Shown here piece after piece: positions 36,970-51,133 of a stretch of 64,000 bases of DNA; the first letter of the stretch is position 1, and each line of letters opens with the position of its first letter. Position numbers and translations under genes: made by a program. Below the pieces are notes generated by a model, which was given only the letters and a program-made list of their open reading frames with translations, did not search any database and was not told where the DNA came from. The DNA is from Paraspadella gotoi (lineage: Eukaryota; Animalia; Chaetognatha): the NCBI GenBank assembly GCA_051294375.1, contig CM119266.1:25547908-25611907 (forward strand), read 5' to 3'.

Positions 36970-39900
36970 TTCTCTCTCTCTCTCACTCTCTCTCAAGCTC
37001 TCTACTCTTACTTCACTGCGTCTGTTCTGTTGTGCGCTAAACTTATCCTTTTTTTTCGCAGTAACTGTCAACACATAGATTGTATTTTTATATTTCGGCG
37101 GTCGGCATCAATTTCATTATTCTTCTTTGGGTTCTTTCGGCGCTTATAAATATTTTCTAGTTTTATGACTATAATATTTTATATATATAATATTTTTTTT
37201 CATTTTTCCTTTGATTCTCGTTGTCCTTTTGGTTGGTATATAGCGGGATCATAAGTACCTTCCACCTAATCTATTCAAACAATATTAAATAAAACAAAGA
37301 ATAAATAAAATATGTTTCAGTGGTCTAATTACAATACATACTAACATACATATTTACGGGATATCTTAGTGCCTCTCGTTTATTAATTTTTTGTTTGTTG
37401 GGTTGAATTTCTTTCATCCGTCTCTTCGGTCCTTGCCCGTTGTCCCGTCCAGTCGCACGTCCCGTAGGTATTGTCTTTCTTCTTCCGGCGTCTGTTCGTG
37501 AGTTCAAGGGAAAGGTTTTACTCGGCTTTCGAAATCGCATGATATTCGCCAACTTCAAAGGAAGACTCTAAAAAAGACAACTTCGTCTCTCCTCTTCTCT
37601 CTCTCTATATAGATATATATATATAATATCTTGGAGATTTAGAGAGAGAGAGAAAGAGAGAGGGAGAGCAGTTGCTTTTCCGGAGCATACCATTTAAAAA
37701 AATCGACGTCTACGCCGTGTATCCCGTTTGGTTCGCTTTGACACGTTTTGCACCGCAATGCGCCAGCGGCGTCAATTTCGTGACCTTGAATATCCACGAG
37801 CGTCACAAAAGTTTCCACGCGGGGACGTGATGAATTCGATACGAATATTGTTTTAATATCGGGTTTTGCGTAATTACTAATCGTCATCAATATCTCACGG
37901 AATCTGTCCACGCCAGTCAGAATAGAATGCATTAAGTAATCCCTTCCTGAACTCTCTTATCTTTTTTTCTTTTTTTTTCTTTCTTTTTTCTCATCTTTCC
38001 TCTTTTTTCTTTTTTTCCTTTTTTTTCTTTCTTCCTTTCCTATCTTTCCTCTCTTTTTTTTCCTTTTTAATAATTAGGTTTCTGGAGAAATGAAGATGTT
38101 GAAAAAATGTCGATCTCACCCTCTCTCACCTCTCCTTACTCGTTGCCTCCCCTCATCCTTGCTCCCCTCTGAAAAAATTTTTATCTCGATTTTTCGATTG
38201 TTTTGCATCGGTGTTTGCCCCGAGAAAAACAATAAAAATCAGGGGGAAGCTAAAAAATCTCGTTCTCTACGTTTCTCTCATTCTCTCTCTCTCTCTCTTT
38301 CCCTTCTCTGACGACGCAGTCGCTTTTTTTTTTTCTTTCTGGCGCTAAAACGGAAGGAAAGCGAAAACCGGATATGTCATTTTGGGATTTTTAATGGGTG
38401 GCGCCATGGTGGGGAACTTGGACGGGGAAAGCTGTGCCGACCACTTAATCAAGGATGGTGAGGGAAAAACGAAGGGGGGGGGGGAATGTGAAAAGTTGAG
38501 AATGATATGCACGAGAAGGGTTACAAAAATGAGATTCGAATGTACGATATTTAGAAGGTTTTATAAATAGATATTGCTTTTTTTTCTCATAACGCTAATT
38601 AATCGTGAAATTAATTCAAAATATTCTTGATAATTAAGATATAGATTTCAATTCGAGGAACAGTATCGTTAAGTTTAATCTAGATTGCTCTAAATAATCT
38701 TTAGGGAGCTATTTAGAGCGGACGAAATAAGTGATAAGAAAAGGAAAAAACCCGTCTGATTGTAGCTTATTTGGGTATAAAATATACATAGTAAAATTAA
38801 AAAAATTAAAAAATTATATTAAAATTTGATATCGTGTAGTCGTGTCCAAGGTTTACGTAGTAAGCGAAACCTAATTAAGAAAGTCGTTGAAAACTTTGTA
38901 GTTTGATTTTTTGATTTTTTGAAACTGTTGACTGTTTCGCTTGCTCCTGATTTTCTCCTCAACATGCGTTTTGTGATGAAGGGTTTTGATATTACCTAGA
39001 GTCGTTGATTTCCTGATCACCGGCGCAGAACTCGGATTACATTTCACAACGTCTCCGTGAGTCCTGTCGGGTGACTGCAGGCCACGGCGTGCGTTGTTGC
39101 GTCAGCGCGAGACGTTAAATGCGTGCAGTCGCTTAGTTTCAGTAGTACAACGACAGCCTGTCATAAATTTCGTCTGAAAAAAAAACTATGAAGAGGGAGA
39201 AGGAAAAGAGACATGAACGTTCGTGAATTTTGAGGACGAGAGAGGAGAGAGCAGAGAGAGAGAAAGAGAGATAGAGAGGGAGGCAGGGGAGAGGGAGGGA
39301 GAGAGACAGAGACAGAGACAGAGTGACAGGACAGAGAGACAAGACAAATGAAAACGACCAGAAGCCCAACTCCTGTCGCTCAGAAAGAGGAGCAACAGAT
39401 CATCAATAACACAACTTAGTTAAGATATCAACAATCTGTCATGCATCCATCATACATCTCATATCAATCATCATCACATCATTCATCATCTCAATCATCT
39501 CATCATCATATCATCATCATCATCTATAAACGGTCACCGACCTTTTTGTCTCTCCTCTCTGGGGTCTCTCGCAAACTACGGACTACGATATCATCTCGTG
39601 TTCATTCTTCTTCGCATTAAGCGAGCGTCTTTCTCACCATCTCTCCATCACTCCGCAGTCGCAACAATACTCCTAAACGCTTCATCTCTCCATCAAGCTC
39701 TGATACATATCCCCAGCATCTCGGTTCAGCACAAAACTACTACATCATCTTTTTTTCTTTTCTACATGAACTCACCCTCTCTTCTCCACCCCACTCTCCC
39801 CATCCCCATCATTTTTTTTTCCGTTCAAAAATGGCGGCCCGTCATTCTCTCCCGCGCGCCGCTTATTTTATTCGCCCGCCTTCAAACCGAGAGTGCTCCA

Positions 39901-40657
39901 CTCTCGCGACCAGAAAAATACCGAGTAAGTTCAAGCGAGACTCGACTGGGGATGACGATGAGGTGTTTCTTCCTCATTCCCGGCCTCGTTACGGACGGAT
40001 GGACTACGAAAGCGTGAGAGTGAGACGTGTGACGACGACGACGAACGGACGACGACGACGGACGAACGACCTGAATTAAGAGAGCAATTTTTGCTCATCG
40101 CACGGCTCGGCTCTATATCCTGGCCGGAATCTGCTTTGCTTTACTCAATCTGCGAGCGGGTTAATAAACGGATTCTCTTCCGCCCGCTTGAATCTCTCTC
40201 TTCTCTCCTCTCTTCTCTTCTCTCTTCTCTCTCTACTCTCTCTCTCTGCTCCTCTCTCTCTTCTCTCTCTCTCTGCTATATCACTGAATCGTTTCTGTGT
40301 CGTGAACGCCACCTCCGTCCCTCAAAACACAACACAACAACAACGTCGCACTACTCACGGGTCCACTCGAAAGACGGTCGCATTGTCAAAAGCTCAGTCG
40401 TGTCGTTCAGAATCTGGCCGGATGATATCGGCGCTCCTTCGGAGGAAGCTCTTCTTTGCAATCTTTGTTGCATATTCGAGAAGCCTCTTCTTTGCAATCT
40501 TGTTTCATTACGAATAAAAGAAGCTCTTCTTTCATGTAAGCGGGGGAAAGAATCCGTTATTAACCCGCTCGCAGATTGAGTAAAGCAAAGCAGATTCGGC
40601 CAGGATATGAGCCGCCGGTTCGATGAGCCAAAAATGCTCTCTTAATCAGGTCGTCGT

Positions 40658-40700
<43 letters not shown>

Positions 40701-41150
40701 TCGTCGTCGTAACGAGGCCGGGGAATGAGAAGAAACACCTCTCGTCATCCCCAGTCGAGTCTCGTAGACTTACTCGGTTTTTTCTGGCGCGAGGGGAGAC
40801 TCGGTTTGAAGGCGGCGATAAATAACGCGGCGCGCGGAGAGAATGACGGGGGCCGCCATTTTGAGGAAAAAATGATGGGGGGGAGAGAGGGAGGGAGGAA
40901 AGAGAGGGTGAGTTCATGTGAGAAAAGAAAAAGAAAAGATGATGTAGTAGTTTGTGCTGAACGAGATGCTGGAGGATATTGTACAGAGTTGATGGAGAGA
41001 TGAAGCGATTTAGGATATTGTGCGGACTGCGGAGTGATGGAGAGATGGAGAGAAAGACGCCGCTTGATGGAGAAGAATGAACCTACGAATGATATCGTCG
41101 GTCGTGTTGGCGAGAGACCCAGAGAGAGAGAAAAGGTCGGTGACTCGATT

Positions 41151-41211
<61 letters not shown>

Positions 41212-41373
41212 CGATGTTGGATTATTTAATAAGTTTTTGCTTATTGATGACTTTGTCCTCTTTCTGAGGGACAGTTTGGGCTTTGTCGTTTTCTATTTGT
41301 CTGTCTCTCTGTCTGTCACTCTGTCTCTGTCTCTGTCTCTCTCCCTCCTTCTCTCTCCCTGCCTCCCTCTCTA

Positions 41374-41405
<32 letters not shown>

Positions 41406-42907
41406 AAAATCACGAAGCGTTCATTCTCTTTTCCTTTCTCCCTCTTTCATATTTTTTTTTCAGAGAAATTTATGAGGTGTCGTTGCTGAACTAAGCGATG
41501 ACGCATTAGCCGCGCGACGACAGCGACGCCGTGGCTGCAGTCACCGACAGACTCACGGATGACGTTGTGAAATGTGAATCCGAGTCGCGCCGGTGATCAG
41601 GAAATCAACGACTCGGTAATATCAAAACCTTCATCAAAAACGCATTTGAGAGAAATCAGGAGGAAACAGAAACAGTTCAAAAAATCAAAAAATCAAACTA
41701 CAAGTTTTCAACGACTTCTTATTTGGGTTTTCGTTTACTACTAAACTTTTGGACACATTACACGATATAAATTTTAATATATTTTTAATTTTTTAATTTT
41801 TATATGTATTTTTTAATACAAATAGCTAAATCAGACGGTTTTTTTCCTTTTTATACTTATTTCGTCGCTCTAAATAGATCTAAGATTAGTTTAGATGAAT
41901 CTAGATTAAAACTTAAGATACTTTCTCCGATTGGAAATCTTATTATCTTATTATCAAGAATATTTTTAAATTAATTTCACGATTAATTAGCGTTACTGAG
42001 AAAAAAAAAGCAATCTATTTATAAAACCTTCTAAATATGTACATCGAATCTGCATTTTGTAACCTTCTCGTCATATTCATTCTCAACTTTTCCACATTCC
42101 CCCCCCCCTTCGTTTTTCCCTCACCATCCTTTGGATTAAGGGGGGGGGTGAACTTTCCCCGTCCAAGTTCCGCCACCATGGCGCCACCATAAAAAATCCC
42201 AAAATGACATCCGGTTTTCGCTTTCCTTCCGTTTTAGCGCCAGAAAGAAAAAAAAAAGCGACTGCGGTTCGTCAGAGAGAGGGAAAGAGAGAGAGAGAGA
42301 GAGAGAGAAATACGTAGAGAGATTTTTTAGCTTCCCCCTGATTTTTTATTTTTTTTTTCTCGGGGCAAAACACGATCAAAACAAACTCGAAAAATCGAGA
42401 TAAAATTTTTTTCAGAGGGTGAGGCAAGGATTGAGGGGAGGCAACGAGTAAGGAGAGGGTGAGGAGAGGGTGAGATCGACCATTTTTTCAACATATCTTC
42501 ATTTCTCCCAGAAACCCTAATTATAAAAAGAAAAAAGAAAGAGAGGAAAGATAGAAAGAAAGAAAGAAAAAAAAGAAAAAAGAAAAAGAGGAAAGATAGA
42601 AAGAAAGAAAGAAAAAAAAGAAAAAAAGAAAGAGAGTCAGGAAGGGATTACTAATGCATTCTATCTGACTGGCGTGACAGATTCCGTGAGATATTGATGA
42701 CGATTAGAATTACGCAAAACCCGATATTAAAAAAATATTCGTATCGATTCAGTCACGTCCCCGCGTGAAACTTTTGTGACGCGTCGTGGATATTCAAGGT
42801 CACGAATTGACGCCGTGGCGCATTGCGGTGCAAAACGTGTCAAGCGAAACCAAAACGGGATACACGCGTAACGTCGATTTTTAAATTGGTATCTCGGAAA
42901 AGCAATG

Positions 42908-42940
<33 letters not shown>

Positions 42941-42941
42941 A

Positions 42942-42998
<57 letters not shown>

Positions 42999-43576
42999 AT
43001 GTTTGTCTTTTTTGAGTCTTCCCTTTGAAGTTGCGGAATATCATGCGATTTCGAAAGCCGAGTAAAACCTTCCCCTTGAACTCAGAACAGGACGGCCGGA
43101 GAGAAAGACATACGTACGGACGTGCGGACTGACGGACGAACGGAAGGACCGAGAGACGGGCATGAAAGAAATTCGAACAATCAAACAAATAATTAATAAA
43201 CGAAGGCACTAAGATATCGTAAATATGTATGTATGTATGTATTGTAATTAGACCACTGAACTATATTTTTTTTATTCTTTGGTTTTATTAATATTTGTTT
43301 TGAATAGATTAGGTGAGAAAAGGTACTAGATTTCGCTGATCTGGATACAACAAAAGGGAACAAGAGAATCAAAGGAAAAAGTGAAAAAAAAATTATATAT
43401 AAAATATATATCATAAACTATGTTATAAAATATTATAAGCGAAAGACGAAAGAAAGAATAAAGAAGATGATGGCGACGCGAAGAGAAAAAAAACATGGGT
43501 GTTTGGACAGTTTATCTGTCTGAAAAAAAGATAAGTTAGGGCACAACAGAGACAGAGCGAGTGAGAGAGAGAGAGA
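36970..43576. repeat. About 3.1 kb-arm inverted repeat (fold-back) with a spacer of about 350 bp
   Basis: Left arm ~36970-40185 is the reverse complement of ~40541-43576 (for example TTACTCAATCTGCGAGCGGGTTAATAA vs TTATTAACCCGCTCGCAGATTGAGTAA). It lies between two 25-N gaps. Confidence 0.88.
41150..41216 (+). repeat. (GAT)n microsatellite
   Basis: Direct reading. Confidence 0.95.
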
Positions 43577-43601
43577 NNNNNNNNNNNNNNNNNNNNNNNN
43601 N

Positions 43602-45260
43602 ATGTACAAAGAGAGAGAATTTCATAGACCGTGCGTCGCTTCTCCGGAAAATGTAGATTTTTTTTATAGACTTTCCCTATTTTAATACATACCGCCCCCA
43701 GATATATAGAGATATAGATAACCGATCCCTTTCCCTGACTTACCGTAAAAAACATTATTCGAATTTTTTACGGCGCGAGGGTACACGGTTTTGTCTTTGT
43801 AGGGTTTTACCCTTTCCTCCTTTAGATGGATTACAGTCTCATTTCTTCTTTTTTTTTCTTTTCTTTTCCTTCTTCTCAAATTCTTTTATCTTTTTTTCAT
43901 CGACTCTTAAATTTTCCGGCCGCAGCGTGAGAAACTTCCCCGTCGCAGGTTCCTTTTGATGGTCGATGATTAGACAAACCATAACCGCACCGGAAGGATA
44001 TGTTGGCAGCGGGCGAGGTCGTCGTCGTGTCTTGTCTTCGTTCGTTGCGTCGTCGTCGTCGTTCGTGTCGATTCATCGATGTTCCATTGCATGATTAAGC
44101 TAAAGGTCTTATCAATCAACAGATGAGTCTATTTTATCTTCCAACATCGGTCTTTTTTTGCGCGCCCCGGTTTTTTGCCGCATCTTGTTTATGTGTAAAA
44201 ATCGCAGTATCTGGTAATCACGCTCTCTCTCTCATCGCTCAGTCGTCTGTCTCTCTCATTCAGGTCTCTCCTCTCATCGGTCAGCTCTCGATTACCTCAT
44301 CCATACGTCATCTGTCGCCGCTCCCTTCCTCGTTCGTGCTTTCAATCTCTACATCATTGGTTTCTCGCGTCGTTTCACGACAAACTCAAAACTCACGCTA
44401 GCAGATCTAGAGCGGCACAGCGATGTGCGGCGTGATGCTGTTCCTTTCTGCAATGTTTTCCGTCTGGACAATGCTTATACCTGCATGCGCTTTCAATGTC
44501 GAGATAATTGGATTTTACAGGCACTATAAGAAGATTATAATAAGCTTCAGCGACAAAACTAATTGACTTTGTAGCTGAAAATATTAGTACTTTTCGTACC
44601 TGTTTTTTCTTCTCTTCTCTCTTCTCTCAATATACTCTCTCGTCTCGTTACTCGTCTCTCTATCTCTCCTCTCTCTCTCTCTCTCTCCTCTCACTCTCTC
44701 ATCACTCTCATCATCTGAGAGGATAGATACTGGATTTTTACACATAAACAAGATGGCGAAAAACCGGGGCAAAGACCGATGTTGGAAGAAATAGATCATC
44801 TGTTGATGATAAGACCTTCTTAATCATGCAATGGAAATGATGAAGTCGACGAACGACGACGACGACGACGAACGAAGAACGACGACGGCGGTGCCAAATA
44901 TCTCCGATGTCGTAATCATCGACCATAAAAGGACCCTGGCGACGGGGAAGTTTCTCTGCGGGATTAAAGATGAAAAAAAGATAAAAAAAAATGAAGAAAA
45001 GAGAGAGATAAAGATAAAAAAAATGCAGAGGGAGAGAAGGAAAAGAAAAGAAAAAAGAAGAAATGAAATCAAAAAAGGAGGAAAGGGAAACCAAAACGAA
45101 ACCGCCGGCGGAAAATCTTTTTTAAGGGGAGGGGTGGGAGAGAACGATAATCGGGGGGGGAGGGGGGCGGTTATGTATAAAATATGGAAAGTCCGAAGAA
45201 AAAAAAAATCTATCATTTGTCGCGGAGAAGCGACGCGGTGTATGAAACGACGATTCGTAA
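43602..45260. repeat. Noisy inverted repeat (fold-back)
   Basis: ~43610-44230 is a degraded reverse complement of ~44700-45250 (for example GAGAAACTTCCCCGTCGC vs GCGACGGGGAAGTTTCTC). Confidence 0.75.
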
Positions 45261-46542
45261 AAACGGACCAAGAAGAGATGAGCTTCCGGAGTGAGGGGGG
45301 AAAAAGCGACGATAATGGTAAATAAAAACATGAGAGAGAGAGAGAAGAGAGAAGAGAAGAAGAAGATGAGAGAGAGAGATGAGAGAGCGAGAGAGAGAGA
45401 GAGAGAGGAGAAGTAGAGAGAGGTAAGAGTCGTGGACACGAACAAGCGTGGAGACCTCGCGNNNNNNNNNNNNNNNNNNNNNNNNNTCGTAGATTTTTCT
45501 TCGTTTTTTTTCTCCCCCTCGAGGGTTTTTCTCCGTCTCTCCCTCCCCCCTGCCTTCCCCCTGCCTCCTTCCGGCCGCCTTTAAGAAAAGGAGTGGATTT
45601 CGGGTGATAAATCATCGGTTGCGGCTTTGACGCTACTGAAAGGGGGGGATGGTAGGTGGAGTGGTAAGGTCGATGACACTACTGGAGAGAGAGCGTGGAC
45701 TTGGAGTGGTGGGGGTGATGAGAGACAAAGGACGCCACCGGGGCGTCATGGAGGAAGAGAAGCTCAGGAAAGCGAACGAGGATTAATTATCTACGGTTCA
45801 TCGGTTTCGACAGAAAGGATGGTTTAATATGTTTTAACTTATGATAAATGTACTATGGTTTTTATATATTTACAATTATTATTACAAGATTATCAGGAGC
45901 TCTTTTTTTTTCCTGAAGATTTCCTGACGAATCGTGTTTGTATCGTTTTCGGTCATGACCCGGCTGTAATATAAAAACCAATATAAGCCGATCGGTAAAA
46001 ATCGTAAATTATAAAATATTTTTTCCCGATAGGCTTCGGTGGCGTGGGGGATCGAAAAGAGAAATGACTGATATTAGATGCGAAGAGAAACGGAACCGAT
46101 GATTCCGAGTGGAAGAAAATACAAGGAGTTTATGAGGTTTTCTTGAGGGAGAATCGACAATTGAATGAATGGAGATTGGAGAATGAAGATGAATAAAGAT
46201 GAAGAAAGATTAAATAAAGATGAATGAACATTAAAGTGGTAAATGAGATGCGAAGAGGTAAGTCGAAAATACATTTTAATGATGTAAGATAAAATGAGAT
46301 TATAATGAGATAAGATAATATGAGATGATATTATCAAATTATATTGAGTCATGACGTTATCCTTGAATGATTTAAAATTGTTATCAAATACTTTAAACTG
46401 TCTAACCTGAGGTAACAAAAGACAGGAGTAAAGACAAGATTCAACCAGGAATCGCGCTGGTTTTGTCAGTTTCAAAGGCGTCACCATCGTTAGGCTAATC
46501 GAGACAGAGTGGGAAAAAGAAGAAAGAAAAAAGGATCGATTA

Positions 46543-46626
46543 GAAGACGAAGACGAAGACGAAGAAGAAGAAGAAGAAGAAGAAGAAGAAGAAGAAGAAG
46601 AAGAAGAAGAAGAAGAAGAAGAAGAA
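46543..46626 (+). repeat. (GAA)n / (GAAGAC)n microsatellite
   Basis: Direct reading. Confidence 0.95.
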
Positions 46627-46825
46627 AGAAAGGGGAAGGAAAGAGGGAAGGAAGGAGACAAAATAATTAGAAGCTTTCAGATATCGCGGTGAAAAATTTT
46701 GAGTTAGATAGGGATTAAGAATTTAGAAGGAAAAGCAAAACGAAGAAGGAAACAAAAAAAAACAAAAAAAATGAAATAAAATAACGTGACGCGGAGTAAC
46801 GCGCGAAGATGTTAACACTTAGAGG

Positions 46826-46915
<90 letters not shown>

Positions 46916-47063
46916 AGACGAGAGAGAAAGGAAAGAAAGCGGAAGGGGCAAGAGCCTTTTCGTCTAGAAAAAAAAAAAAAGTTTTGACGCGCGAACGCGC
47001 GACGCAAGAGAACGCAAAAAAGAAACAGAGAGAGAAAGCAACAAAATAAAGAGAGAGAGCGAG

Positions 47064-47112
<49 letters not shown>

Positions 47113-48141
47113 AGAGAGAGAGAGAGCGAGGGGCGAGGAAATCGAGAGCTATCTCCCTGATCCCAGAGTTTGACTGTAATTCGACCAAATCGCTCCTTTC
47201 TGACAAATAAAAAAAAAAAAAAAACAAAAAAAAACACACACAAAAAAAACACACAAAAAGAAAGTCAAACCTCTTTTCTTTCTATGTATTCCGTGTTCCA
47301 TATTTCCATATCCTTTTTTTCCCCCCTTTTTTTCCCCGCTTTTTTTTCTCGCTTTTGACGTTTTTTTTTTTTGACTTTTGTCGTCGAAGGATATTTTTGG
47401 TCGCTGGAGGTTTGATCGTAATGATACAACGATAGAGACAGAGATGTGGAAGGGGGGAAAGGGAAATAATGTTGGATGGTCAGGAAGTAAAGAAGTTTGA
47501 ATGGAATATAGAATCAGGAGAGAGAGAAAAAAAAAAGAAAGAGAGAGAGAGAGAGAGAAGAGAGAGAGAGCAGAAGAGAGAGAGAGAGAGAGAGAAAGGA
47601 AGAAAATAAGAAGAGAAGAGAGAGAGACCATATAGTATAGAGAGTTTTTTTTTTCAAACTCCACCCTTAACCCTTTCGGCGCCCAAGCGTGCTCTTTTCG
47701 CCACAACTTCCTCTTTCTGCCTCCCAGAGAAAAAAAAAGAGTTTTATTGCTCGAGTTCGCATTGATAAAAACGTTTTATTGCTCGAGTCCCATTGATAAC
47801 AAAAAAAACGAAAGATGTAAGGAAAAAAAATGGAGACTGCAAAAAAAAAAAAAAAGCGCAAGATGAGACGAAGTCTGAAACATTTATTTTGAAAAAGGCG
47901 CGAGAATGAAAGAGGAAAAGGAGGGTGTGGACCAGCTGGGGTAGGCAGAGGGAGGGGTGTTAAGGGGGGAGAGGGAGGAGTGTAGTAGTGCCAGGTTAAG
48001 AGAGAGAGAGAGGGAGTCAAAATTCTGTAGAAAAAAAAAAGCGGAGACGGGAGGAAAGGAAACCACGACTGGTGGAGGAAAAAGTCGCTTTGGGTCCAGA
48101 ATCGGAACTGAAATGAGATGCTGAATCACGAATCGGGAAGG

Positions 48142-48181
<40 letters not shown>

Positions 48182-48899
48182 GAGAGAGAGTAGAGAGAGA
48201 GAGAGAGAGAGACGAGAGACGGAGAGAGAGAGAGGAAAAATTCGAAATTGTGGTGGAAGGAAGAGGAAAAAGCCGATGAGATAGAGACAGAGTAGAACAG
48301 GTGCGTGAAATGGAGGACGAAGAGAAAAGTTGAGCTCGAAAGCGAAAGTAAAAAGTGAACGACTTTACAGAACTATTATCTCCGTCTCCTACTGGTGATA
48401 GTTTAAAGAAGTAAGGTTTGCTGTTTGTTCATTAAATAAATACCCATCTTGATATTAATGTGCAAGAAATTGTTTCAAAAAGGAAAGTAAGAAAACAAGC
48501 TAACTTAAACATTAAACAATAAACATAAACAACATAAACAATAAACAATCTTTCAAAATAAAATAAAAATGCTGTAATTTATATCATAATGAGCTTTTCA
48601 CTCTAAAAAAAAATTATTAATTTGAACGAATAGTCCTTTTTTACTTACTTATTATCTTTTAATATTTCTTCGTATCATCGCAGAGGAATCGAACCCAAAA
48701 GGAATTTAATACGAACTGCATGATCGCTGATTTTGCTATGATGCGTCGCTTCGCCTCAGTTCAACCTTTCGCCGCAGGCAGAGCTTATTCGTCCTTATAT
48801 TTCGTATCGACGTGCGCTAACTCAGTGTCGCCCTCCCTAAATTGTGCGTCGCGGCCAAAATAAACACACACACANNNNNNNNNNNNNNNNNNNNNNNNN

Positions 48900-49211
48900 G
48901 ATGGAGAGAGAGGACGAGAGAGAGAGAGAGTGCGAGACGGAGAGAGAGAGAGAGAGAGAAATTAAAGAAGAAAGAGAAAGGAAAAATATACCTAATTGCT
49001 TAAAGGTCTTGTTTTCATTCATCGTCGACTTTCTCGGTCGTCGCCATGGAAACGTCGTCCTAGTTTTTCCACGCTTTTTTTTTTTAGCTGAAACCGTTGT
49101 GGACAAAAGCGCTGCATGTTGTTTGGGTACTCACGCTTTTCGGCCACGTCGTTCGTTCGTTCGTCGTTTTCGTAGTTTTAGTCGTCGTCGTCGTCTTCGT
49201 TGCTATTTTCA

Positions 49212-49245
<34 letters not shown>

Positions 49246-49470
49246 TTTTTTTTCAGTGCGGATACAAGAAAAATACTGCAATTTCATTTTGAATAATTTA
49301 GCATATATACATTAGAGTATTTATAGCATCGTAGTGTGCCAAATGTAATTCTATGCCTTTTGTTAACATAAGCATTAAAAGATAAACTGAAAGGAGGATT
49401 TCCGACTTTTTGATGAACCACATGAGTTGGCATATCAATCTTCTTCTGTTGGCCCTTTCCACTCTCCCAT

Positions 49471-49508
<38 letters not shown>

Positions 49509-50235
49509 CTCCTCTCTCTCCTCTCTCTCTCTTCTCTCTCTCTCTCTCTCTATCTTTCCCTCCCTCCCATAAAACGAAAAGAGAAGGAAATGACGATACT
49601 GGGACAGACGATAGCGACCCCACGCGACGTCGGCCAGGACGAAGATTCCGATGGCTCTTTTCTGTTTTCTTTTTTTCTTTATGTTTCTCCGATTTTTCGG
49701 TCTACGAGGATGGTTTCGATGAAAAAACAAAAAAACACCATCGCGGGTATCTGGTAAAGATGGACGAGGGAAGGTTGAGAAAAGGATTAAAGCCGAAGGG
49801 ACCAAAGAAACGTCCACAGAGAGAAAGAGAGAGAGACAGAGAGAGAGAGATGAGAGAGAGACGAGCAGAGAGAGAGACGAGTAGAGGAGAGGAGAGAGAG
49901 AGAGAGGAGAGATAGAGAGAGAGAGAGAGTCGCTTCTCTCTTTCTCTCTGTGCGTTTCTGTCTTCGGCTTTCCTTCCCTTTAATCTTTCTTCAACTTCCC
50001 TCGTCCATCTTTACCGACCGCGATGTGTTTTTGTTTTTCATGAAAACATCCTCTACCGAAAAATCGGAGAAACATAAAGAAAAAGAAAAAGAAAAGAGCA
50101 TCGGAATCTTCGTCCTGCCGACGTCGCGTGGGGTCGCTATCGTCTGTCCCAGTATCTCATTTCCTTCTCTTTTCCGTTTTATGGGAGGGAGGGAAAGATA
50201 GAGAGAGAGAGAGAGAGAAGAGAGAGAGAGGAGAG

Positions 50236-50278
<43 letters not shown>

Positions 50279-50778
50279 GAGGGACCAAAGAAGAAGATTG
50301 ATATCCAAATCATGTGGTTCATCAAAAGTCGGAAAATCCTCCTTTCAGTTTATCTAATCTTATGTTAACAAAAAGGCATAGAATTACATTTGCACACTAC
50401 GATGCTATAATACTCTAATGTATAATGCTAATTCAAAATGAAATTGCAGTATTTTTTCTTGTATCCCACTGTATTGAAAATAGACAACGAAGACGACGAC
50501 GACGACTAAAACTACGAAAACGACGACGACGACGACGATGGCGAAAACGTGAGTACCCAAAACAACATCACCTTTTGTAAACAACTTTCACTAAAAAAAA
50601 AAAGCGTGAAAAACTAGGACGACGTTTCCATGGCGACGACGAGAAAGTCGACGATGAATGAAAACAAAGACCTTTAACAATTAGGTTATATTTCTTTCTC
50701 TTTCTTTCTTCTTTAATTTCTCTCTCTCTCTCTCTCTCCGTCTCGCACTCTCTCTCTCTCTCGTCCTCTCTCTCCATC
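48900..50778. repeat. About 0.9 kb-arm inverted repeat (fold-back) bounded by gaps
   Basis: 48900-~49860 is the reverse complement of ~49930-50778. Both arms stop at the same base (GATGGAGAGAG / CTCTCTCCATC) next to N runs. Confidence 0.85.
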
Positions 50779-50833
50779 NNNNNNNNNNNNNNNNNNNNNN
50801 NNNNNNNNNNNNNNNNNNNNNNNNNNNNNNNNN

Positions 50834-50876
<43 letters not shown>

Positions 50877-51044
50877 TCTCTCTCACTCAAATCTCACTCA
50901 CTGAAGCACTCAAATAACAACAAATAAAAACAAAGAATCAAAACAATCGCCTCGAAATTGGGCTCGTCGGATCTGGATTAATTGACGTTGAGAGGGGAGA
51001 AATGCTCCACGCCGATTTCCGGAACAGATGGAGAGAGACAACAA

Positions 51045-51092
<48 letters not shown>

Positions 51093-51095
51093 ATG

Positions 51096-51133
<38 letters not shown>

